A program made the position numbers and the translations under genes. From Camelus dromedarius (Eukaryota), in the NCBI RefSeq assembly GCF_036321535.1, contig NC_087437.1, positions 31,994,001 through 32,058,000 of the forward strand: a stretch of DNA of 64,000 nt, read 5' to 3'. The stretch's first letter is position 1. Each line of letters opens with the position of its first letter. The notes beneath the pieces were generated by a model. It saw only the letters and a list, made by a program, of their open reading frames with translations. It was not told where the DNA came from and made no database searches. Positions 53,995 through 64,000 of this stretch are shown piece after piece.

Positions 53995-54500
53995 ATACAC
54001 ATTCTCCCTAAATGATCCAATCTACTGTCATGACATCAAGTGCTACTTTTGACACCGAAATCCGTATCTCCAGCCATGGTCTTCTTCCTGAGGCCCACAC
54101 TGGCATTTCAACCACTATCACCATCTGGCTATCTATACAAACAACTCACACTCAAATAAGTAAATCAGAATGATTTATCTTCTTCCTCCACATCAGCATC
54201 TTTTGTGGTCTCTCTTTTTCAGGATGATGCCATCATCCATTTGACCATATGGTGCACCCGGAGTCAAACTTTGTTCTTCCATTTTCCTTATCAGGCACCA
54301 AGTCCTACTGATTCTGCTTCTTTAATGGCTCTTGAATTCATCCTCTTCCTATAACTTCCAACCTTAGTTCAGGCCTGTATTTCCTACCCAACTACAGTAA
54401 TAGCTTCCTTCGTAGTCTTTCTGTCTTCAGCCAGGCTTCCTCTAATGATATCTCCATGCCAAGGCCTGTGACCTTTCTCATGTGCAGATCTGATCATGTC
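53995..54500 (+). mobile_element. L2 fragment
   Basis: caccaagtcctactgattctgcttc...ccttagttcaggcctg...actacagtaatagcttcct...gcagatctgatcatgtc. Confidence 0.6.
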
Positions 54501-55146
54501 AGTGGATGTCCACTTCTGGCTTCACTCTGTTGACTGGATGGGTGTACTTCCACACTCCGGTCCTTTCGCAGCTAGATGGCCTGCTCAGGAGGTCTCAGTC
54601 ATCTGTGTCCTGAAAGTGATGCTGTTGTTTCCACACTCCTAAAATGCTCTTTTTCAAACTATCCCTGCCTGCCTTAATGGAGCTCTTTCTCACCCTGACC
54701 ATGCTCTCTCTCTTCCTGTTCATGTTACCTTCCATTTCATGCTTTGTGGTGACTATAGAGGACAAGGTGATGGGACAAAGTATGGAGGGAAGAAATGAAA
54801 AGCACCAAAGAACCTAGAGCCTGATTCCCTGAGGCTTTCCCCCTTTCAATCCTAGAGCTGTCTTCTTTTGTAAAATATTTTCTATTCCATACCATGTGTG
54901 CAGTTTTTGTGTGGCTCGGAGTGGGCTGGATTATGTCAGTCTGTGAGCCTCAAAGGGACCTTGTCTACTAATATCACTAGGTCCCGGGTCCATTACAGCA
55001 TGACATGAAACTCATTACTTAATAAGTGTTTTCTGATAATAATAAAAGAAAGAAGGAAAAATTGAACTGTTCAGGTAAGGCAAATTATTTCAAGCTAATC
55101 TTGAATTTGGGTTTAAAAAAACATGCCCAAGGCAAGAAGCATTTAC

Positions 55147-55281
55147 CTTCTGCTGCGGGAATGTGGACTCCATCATGGCTGTTTCAAAGTTGTGAGCACC
55201 CTCTGTCTGGGTCTTCTCCCACAGGGCACTGAGGAATTGCACAGAATGACTCTGTATGGACAGGGGCTCAGGCAACAGACT
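55147..55281 (-). CDS. VEPH1: VEPH1 internal coding exon (135 nt): SLLPEPLSIQSHSVQFLSALWEKTQTEGAHNFETAMMESTFPQQK
   Basis: Acceptor accccttcag|AGT and donor AAG|gtaaat. Phase 0/0, 45 codons, continuous with both neighbouring exons. Confidence 0.93.
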
Positions 55282-58036
55282 CTGAAGGGGTATTAATGAG
55301 AGAAATACTGTTTGATTAACTGCAAAGCACTACTGAGGTTTGGTTTGAACTTTAACATGTTTTAAATCTAAATAAACAATAGAGAAATCTATCTTGAAGA
55401 TCAAACATATGATACATTTAATGCTTTTTTACTTTTTAACAGAAAATTTAACTTATTAAATAGTATTTTCAAGATAGTTGATACTGATCTCTATAACTAT
55501 GCCTAATCTTTATAATGGAGTGTTTACCTCAATCATTTCCCAAGCATGTTACTTAATTGGAAAATGGTTAATATAAATATTTATATTTATTTTTCAAAAA
55601 TCTTGGAATTAAGGTGTAAAATTAAAACTAAAGTACAAATATCAAGTTTATTTATATAGATTAGATCTTGAAGAATAGACATTAAGTAACTAAGTCCATT
55701 ATGCAACTCTTCAGATATGAATAGTGTGTGAGGGTGGTGAGGAAGACAAAAACTCCTTTAATATTAAAATGGATAATCGGTAAATATTCTTAGAGCCTTA
55801 AGATACTCTAGGTTTTGGACAATAAGACTTTAAATGTAAAAAAAGAATCATTTTTCACTGAAGCCAGAGAAAATAAAATTTTCAAAGGAAGATTTAAACT
55901 ATATATTTACTAATCAATTATGTGTTTAATAGTAATTTACATGTTGTGATGCTATACCTCTGAATACGAGAAGTGTTTCAATTCAAGGGAACAATTTTAT
56001 AAAAAATATAAAAATAAATGACACAAAATAATATAATACATATATATAAATACCATATATACTATCCTTTATGTGTGAGGTATAATAAGTTAATATTGGC
56101 TTATAAAATCCCATTTTCAATGTCAGTTGACAGTCCAAACATTGACTTATGAGACTTTCTAGAGGTCTGTGTATACAAAGTTTGTATTTAGCTAGTGAAA
56201 ACAATTTTTTTCCAGAAAAATCTCATTATTATCCTCAAGATGAGCTGTTTCTTGTTCTAAGTGGGAAAAAGTAGAGGGTCTTATACCTTGAGTAAGTGGT
56301 CCACAGATTTTAAAAGGTTAAGAGCCAGTAACTGATCATGAAACCCAAAATGTGGACACATCTGGGAATTTCTTGATTATTATCAGAAACTTATACAGCA
56401 TATGATTTTTCACTTGAGGAGCAGAACCTGATTTAATTAATCTTCATTTCAAAGAGGACCATTTAGATTGGAATCTGTTAATCTGAGAGCTCCATGAGTG
56501 TGTAAATTGACAGAGAAGAGAAACAGTATGGCCAGCACACAAAGGTAGTACTGGGTTTGTAGCTATCAAGTCAATGATTTGATTTTTATTTACCCCAAAG
56601 TCAGGCTTCACCCAGATCACACAATATCAAAGGTGTGAAAAAAGAAAGAGAACAGTATAGTAGAAAGAACAAAGAAGAAAAGCAGGCTAAACAGGTTTTT
56701 TTTGGTGATTTTGCTTAAAGAGAAAGACAAAGGATTAGACTAAGTCAATTAAATAAGACTAAAGGGGCAAAAGTAAAATCAAGTTTTCTTGGTTTGTTTT
56801 CAGAAAACTGACAACTGTTAAGAACAAAGCCAAAGATGAAACCAACTACAAAACCAGTGATGTAAACTATTTGAAAAGTATTAGTAAAGTAGAAGAAAAA
56901 TAAGATCATTATTTCAAGAAAGAAAAATCAATGCTGTTTTTAATATTCACATATAAGTTGATTCACATCAAAATGTGAGTTATTCTTTATGCGATGTGAT
57001 TAAGTGTTCTTAAGAAGACCCAATACAGAGAAACATGGTATCCCTAAAGCATGTCTAAGCTGTCTCTTTTCTTAATTACTACAGTTCTACTTTTCAACTA
57101 TAATAAATGTAGCATTAAAATTCATTTTTTTCTTAATAAGCATGCCTTTTCTTTAGAAAGAAATATAACTATCTGGTTGGTGGTTTTTGTAGGGCTCAAC
57201 ATAGAAATATTTTATTAATAGAAGTAAATACTATCATTTGGCCTAATTTTTAACCATTTTATAAAATTTGCATTCTGTTTTCTCGGCCTCCACCCTCCTT
57301 GTTCCTGCTTGCATCCTCCATTCTGCTTTTTAACATAATGTGAAACAGTGAAAAGATCACTCATTCTGCAGTCAGGTGGTCTGAGTTCTGTCCTTCAATT
57401 TTACTATCTGGAAAAATGATGTCTAAGATCCTTTCTATTACTAATATTTTATAATCTATATTCAAATTTTATATGCAAGTTTAATGCATTCAAGATAAGT
57501 ATTTCCAAATAAGAATCTCTTTTGATGTTAAAATCTTTGCATCAAATTCTTTATTGTTAAGTTCAAAGCTCCTCTTTATGTAATTTTACCTATATACATA
57601 AATTCTATGGAAAAAAGTAGCATTCCAGTATCTTAACAATGTCAAAAAAAGATATGTCGATAGTAAAATTAATTAGAGATTGGAAGACTGTGGGGGAAAT
57701 AAAGGCTAGCTCTACATGAGGAAAGCTATTCCCCCAAATAAGATGTTTTTGTTGTTATTGTTGAACAAAAAGTATTTTCCCATTCGTTCTTCTTTTTTAA
57801 AGTTAAGGATAGTCAAGATATTAATAGGTTTGTCCTCCTGATTACTAATCCAGGGCCTTTTATAAGGGAATTATCCTAAAACATAGAAAATCCATGTTAA
57901 AAATTACTAATGAAATATGAATATACTGCTATTATCTACATAGCAACCATGGTCAAAGAATAATTCAGTAAAAATTGTTATAAACTGATACCCCACTGTC
58001 TCATAAGGAGCCACGATGAACGCAGCTCATACACAC

Positions 58037-58176
58037 CTGCTGAAATAGAAACATGATCTGGATCCATGGCTGAGGTTCTTGGCTGATGAGAATAAAACTG
58101 GATTTACTGTAGAGGCAGTAATGACCCTTCAGGGAGCAGGTGAAAAACAGCTTTGCTACACAACTTCTAACAGAAT
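58037..58176 (-). CDS. VEPH1: VEPH1 internal coding exon (140 nt, first VEPH1 exon found in the window): (D)[46 protein letters not shown]
   Basis: Acceptor tttgtttctag|AT and donor CAG|gtgtgt. Starts in phase 1, ends in phase 0, and joins the 55281 exon in frame. Peptide recognised as VEPH1. Confidence 0.93.
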
Positions 58177-60099
58177 CTAGAAACAAATACACATAGCATT
58201 AAACATCAGATTCTTCCCAGAGTTACACTTTAGACTTCAACACACAAACACCTTTAGAAATACTTTCTTTAGTTTTCAGTTTGTGAGCCAATAACTTTAA
58301 ACAACGGTAGAACATAAATGAAACGTAGATTTAAATAAATATGCTTTAAGCAAGTTGCATTGTATAACATTTCAGAATGGAGTTATAATTTATAATATTT
58401 TAAAAGTCTAGTGAAAATTCTAAATCAAGCAAAACTAGAATCAAAAATAAAAATAAAATTTTAGTTTCTGTGTGTATGGAATAACTAATATTTACTTTTG
58501 TACCAATAACTCTTTTAGATTTTTATATAATTATCATTTAATCCTCATAATTGTCGATTATTATCTCTTTTCATTTAAGAGGTTAAAAGGTCAGAGAGGT
58601 AAATGACTTAATCAAGTAAGATATAGAGCCAGGAGTTAGATCTAAGTTCATTAAAATCTAAGACCCGTGTTTTGTTCATAAAGTGATACGACCTTCTGCA
58701 GAGTCATATTGTTTAATGGTCTTGAACCTCCCCAGCTGAGCTATCTATAGCTTCTGTAGGGAAAGGATGTATAACCCAAAATAAATTGCCAGTATCTTTA
58801 ATAAGACAACAAAAGTTGTTCAGCCTTAGAAATATAACCTAAGACATTAATTTCTATGCAATGACTATATAGTCAACATAATTCTCTAATCTGCACGTAA
58901 GACGAATCTTTTCATAAACCTAAAGAGCCATGGCAAATCAATAAAGAGGAGCTCTTTATAGATGTGTATAAATTGGGAATAATTGGTCTTTTTTATCCTC
59001 ACATGTGGTAGAAGGAATTAGAAGAAAATTATAAACTCAGAGGGAATAATCAAAATAACCAAACTTAGAGTTCTTAGAGGTGGAGAAAGCTGTAGAATCA
59101 GGTGAAGGAGGACTGTGGTAGTAACTTTAATGTCCTGTGATTCTTTGCTAACAGTTGATAACTGTGACCACTTTTCTAAATATATTGGATCTGAGAAACA
59201 CATCATTCTTGGGATAATTCATGCCATTATATACTTTTTATTTAGAGATAAGCACCTTTTTAAAATAAAAATACAGTATGACTTTGGTTTTTTGTTTTGT
59301 TTTGTTTTTTTGTTTTTTGTTTTTAAGCTGGTAGAAATATCAGAGTTGGCTTTATTTTTTTGGAAAAAAAGGAATATGTTAGCTCTTGTTTTGAATTTTT
59401 TACCAAATTTACACTTTGGAAATTCTCTCCCAGCTAAGTAAGGGTCAAATAAATGTATATGGCTTATTTTCCAGGTTTTTCAACTGAATCATTCTTTTCC
59501 ATATCCACACTGCACTTTTAGAATGATTTATAAAACTCAAACAGGAATATCTTTGCAGAAATTGCTAGATTGAAAGTATATGCATGTTGAACATAATATA
59601 AATAAATGAGCAACAAATTCAGAGAAGGCATTTGAAGAACTTAGTAGGAAGGGATCTAATTTTCATTGACTACTTACTTTGTACCAAGGTGTAACAATAA
59701 CAAATTACTCTTATGAAGTAGGTCTTGTTATCCTCATTTTATGAAGAAGGAAATCTAAAGATCAAACTTTTAGGAAGCAGTTGAGCTGCAATTTGAGCCC
59801 AGATTCCAGAGTCTATTCTCTTTCCAGTACATCATCAAAAGGCTCAGACAAAATAGAGGTACTAGAAGTATCTCAAAAAGAAAGTATGGTTCAACAGAAA
59901 AATCATTGGCCCAGGAGTCAGACAATCAGGGTCTTACTGGATAGGCTCTTGTTATCTTTTCTCCCTGTCCTCTGGCTTCTTATCTGTAAAATGAGGGTGG
60001 GCCAAAAGCTAATCTAGAATGTACTTTAAAATTTTTTACATTTCTATTTGCTTATTATCTTTTTCTTTCTCCTAGATTGTAAGCTCTATGAGGGTAAGA

Positions 60100-60630
60100 A
60101 TTTTTTTATTGTGGTACAGTTCAGTAGCATTCAAGTTCATTCACACTGCTGTACAATCATCACCACCATCCACTTCCAGAACATTTCATCTTCCCCAACT
60201 GAAACTCTATACCCATAGAACTAAAACTCTCCATTTCCCTCTCCTCCCAACTCCTGGGAACCACTATTCTGTTTTCTGATTCTATGAATCTGACTACATT
60301 AAGTGCTTCATGTAAGTGGAATCATACAATTTTTATCATTTTGTGTCTGGCTTATTTCACTATATCAGAATTTCATTCCTCTTTAAGGTTGAATATTCTC
60401 CATTGTACGCATATACCGCATTTTGTTTATCAATTCATCATTCATCTGTCAATGGACATTTGGGCTGTTTCCACCTTTTGGCTATTGTGAATAATGTTGC
60501 TATAAACATGGGTGTACAAATATCTCTTTTAGACTCTGATTTCAATTCTTTTGGATATGTCTCCAGAAGTGAGATTGTCGGTTCACAAAGTAATTCTGTG
60601 CTTAACTTTTTAAGGAACTGCCATACTAGA
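60100..60630 (-). mobile_element. L1MA/MB-like 3' fragment
   Basis: atggacatttgggctgtttccaccttttggctattgtgaataatgttgctataaacatgggtgtacaaatatctct. Confidence 0.85.
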
Positions 60631-61865
60631 ATTTAGTTTTTAGCTCTGAAATTCTATGATTCAATGAAGGACTGTAGAGGGTCATGAAGAAATGTGTCTA
60701 TGATGACTGCCCAAAGCAGGGCTGGACATTTGCCCAAGGCTGCCAGGACTTGCTCCTAGCAGTTAGTATAGGACACGGCAGCAGGGCCTATTAGAGTAGA
60801 TTTCCCTCTCCTGTTTGACACTAGCCAGACTAGACTTCAGAAGCACTGAAGCTATTTCTTCTATATCCCTTTTGATTCTCCTTTGGATGTATCTCAAAGA
60901 CATGGAATTCAAAATACCGACCCTGAATAAATGAATAATACTGTCTTTTAACTGTATAAATTGCCTAAATTGGACAGAAATAAAGTAGGAAGAAATAAAA
61001 CTGGTAATTGTCTGACTAGAACACTTTCAAAGTACTTTAAAAGTTATGTTTTTGAAATCAAACATAAATTACAATTTTGGGGAAAAAATGTAGAACGAAC
61101 TCAGCACTTAAAAATATTCTTGTTTTTGCCTGAAAAAAAAAATGGAAGAAGACATCACAAGCCAGTGTGGACCACTTCTCAAACTTTAATTCCATATGAT
61201 TTGTAAAATAGATTTTTATCTTAGACTGAAACTATACTGTGTCACTCTCCAATTGAAATTCAAAAATTTTGAACAGAATAACAATTATTTCATAACTCTG
61301 ATGTAGGAAATAGAAGGAAAGATATTCCATGGTAAAAAAAAAAAAAGATTCTCAAAAGTGAAGATGAATATCTGAAATGACTATTTGAGATAATATTGAA
61401 TTATTTCTCAATATCCAAAGACATTCCTTTAAACATCTTGTTATTTCCAGGGCTTGGTTCTGTACTAGGTACTCAGAAATGTGAGTTGTTGAACTCATGT
61501 GTGCTAAGAACTAAACTACCAAATTTCCCATTTGATGAAGAATCTAGGGCAGGAAGGTAATGGGAAAGAGAACTTTGTCTCATGTTTACTAAGATCTACT
61601 TATGACATCATTGGTTGAGAAATACATGGTCCTTTCTCAGCAGCTGGTTGGCTACTGGCCATTATCACATGCACATGGGTGCAACATCCCCACCCAGAGC
61701 AAAAGTACTATGTCTGTCTTCCAGTTTGTGGCAAAAATTCCAGTCAGTTATCAAACCAGCATGACAGATGCTTTTGTTTTGAATCATCAGAATGAAATAA
61801 AGTTCTTTTGTGCATGACTGTCTTAATAATGCAAATAAAATTCAGATAAGGGAAGGGAAATTTGG

Positions 61866-61932
61866 TAACTGTATATTCAGAAATATATAAACCATAGATA
61901 TAACTGTATATTCAGAAATATACAAACCATAG
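61866..61932 (+). repeat. Two-copy tandem duplication, period 35 bp (32-nt unit, 1 mismatch)
   Basis: taactgtatattcagaaatata(t/c)aaaccatag at 61866 and 61901. Confidence 0.95.
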
Positions 61933-64000
61933 TCTTATTTTGGAAAAAAAGTCAAAATTATGGATTAGTACATAAACACATATATTTATATAAATGCATG
62001 GGAGAAAGATCTGGCAAACTATATATCAACCATTGACAATAATTACTTCTGGTTGAGAAGTGGGATTAGGGGAGGGGAGCATGCACATTTTATTCCACAT
62101 ACTTCTGTATTATTTTAATTCTTTCCTTATGGGTTTATGTTCATGTATTAGCTATATAATTTAGAAAGAAAACAGTCATATACAATGAAAAAGTTGATAT
62201 TGGTTAAAGCAGGTAATTTAAATGATGTCTCACTAAATTACCAAGCAATGAGGCTAATATTTCTAGTTTTAAATGTATTTTTCTCTTAAGCTTTGCCCCA
62301 ACTCACTAGAGCCTCCACCTACCTGGCAGGGTGGCCATGAAGTGGTGGTGGGGTAGACATTAGACTGTTAGAGGAATACAAAGAGAAAGACTAAGGTAAG
62401 AAGGAATCCATCTTTTAACTGCTGAAATTGTATGATACAGCACAGCAACAGCCTTGCAAGCAAAGCTTTTGTCTTGAGGAAGGATTTTATACATTTCTTT
62501 ATCTTCCTTTAATCTATCAACCCCTGAGCATGGAGAACTTCCATTACAGACCTGTGATGTGGAGAGGATGGCAGCTAGATCAGTTTTATGGTTGGAAGGG
62601 AGAATATAATATAGAAGAAGTAAAAGAAGACTTTTAAGTTCTAGCAGGGGAGATTATGAAGAGAAGACATCAGAAATGGGTTCTGCCTTCCCTATGTTTG
62701 GACTTCAGTTTGGGGAAGGGGCGTATATTAAATTAAGTATGGTAACATGGAGGGCAATGGTGACCTTTAGGAAGGTGATCCACTCCCAGGTGGCTCTCTG
62801 CACCAGTCCAGGGAAGCCAACTTAGTTAAAAGCATAGGTTGGAGGCAGGCAGAGAAGGTCTGAGATTCAGCTCTCATGGACCACCCCTGCCTCTATAATG
62901 GAGTGGATATGAGAAAGAAGAGGTTGAGGTTCTTGCTGGACAGCTTTTCAGAGAAATCACTGTAGTGGGGAGGAGTTCTGCCCAGTGTAGTGCAGAAAGC
63001 ACTGTCCCAACCAGGCCTCGGAGCGGGCCACAGCATCAGTGGGTGCTGAGGTGCAGTCAGACTGCCAGGTAGAGCTATGGGCCTGCCCATGCACATAGTG
63101 CCTGGAAGATAAGTAACATCATCCTAGACTTTAGCTGAGAGGGTAATCAGCAAGCAAAGGACCTTATCCTTTACACAGGAAGACACTCCCATCCTCTAGG
63201 CACAAAGCTGTTCCACCATCACAAGGAAACAGGACCCACTTCCTCATGCTTCCAGAAGCCACCTTAGGGAGATAAGGATGGGGGGTGTAAGAGAAAGAAT
63301 ATTTATAACCAAATGAGAGGTTGTTTCCTAAATGTACAACTCAAGTGATCGGATGAGATGAAATTTAAACAAAGACTCAGTTAATTTCCCCCTTACTGAC
63401 CAATGGTTAGTTGTCCATGAAAAGCTCTAGACAAATGATGGTGGATTTCCTCTACAAAGCTGAGTTGTAATGTGAAATGCTGCAATCTTACAATAAGTGA
63501 AAGTAGTGATAGAGAATAAAATTACACTGAACAAGAAGATCGGGTGGAGACAGAAATCTTGTCCTAACAGAAAGTAGAGAGTTTTATTAAGAGTCAAGCA
63601 GCAAAGGGTAGAGGGTGGGGAGTCAGCTGAGGAAGGGTACTGGGACACTTTGCACGTGAGGGCTGAAATCTAATCACATGCAGTGATCTGTAGTGTCTCT
63701 TTGTGTATATATACTTGCGAATTTCTTATGTGAAAACAGTTGAGAAATTGTATCGGCTTGCTGTTTTATGTTGCTCCTAAAGAACAGGGTAAGACTTGTC
63801 CATTAACTTTCACGTGATGGAGATTCTTGGATGCTCTTATAACCAATGTTTCTGCCCTGAGACAGGGACTGAAAAGCCCCTCCCCTTAGAAGCCATTCTC
63901 TGGCCAATTGCTCTGACCCCTCATCTAAAATCCAGTTCTGCTCCGCGATGGTGGTTAAAAGCCCAGACTCGAAGCTAGACTCTCCTCCTTACTAGCATTA

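Noticed and set aside
60088..60636. Three overlapping plus-strand ORFs
   Set aside because: They are antisense translations of a decayed L1 3' region.
62720..63420. Possible ancient Gypsy/ERVL-type LTR or additional VEPH1 exon
   Set aside because: No frame gives a VEPH1-like peptide, and the LTR resemblance is too weak to assign without a Dfam search.

Overview
This is AT-rich mammalian genomic DNA, probably camelid, judged from a tRNA-Ala-like Vic-1-type SINE at 29971-30059 and artiodactyl-type L1 3' ends. It holds the 3' part of VEPH1 (ventricular zone expressed PH domain-containing 1, the Melted homolog) on the minus strand. Five coding exons (58037-58176, 55147-55281, 30718-30835, 14078-14214, 10002-10238) have canonical GT-AG ends and consistent phases. 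They splice into the last 255 aa of the protein, including the C-terminal PH domain, ending ...REVTTYL*. The rest is intron, 3'UTR and downstream DNA rich in ancient repeats (MIR, L2, L3, old L1M, MLT1/MLT2 LTRs, MER5, MER91, Kanga) and microsatellites. Repeat family names and boundaries come from recognition by eye and are approximate. I found no convincing new gene or novel biological system, and the other ORFs look spurious. The best leads are: (1) a sense-oriented MLT1 LTR supplying the first canonical poly(A) signal of VEPH1; (2) a decayed ~26-bp-period TAATGA(GAT) array in an intron, directly beside a possible stop-containing micro-exon; (3) an exact 25-bp direct repeat bracketing a composite ~1.06-kb segment that ends in an L1 tail.
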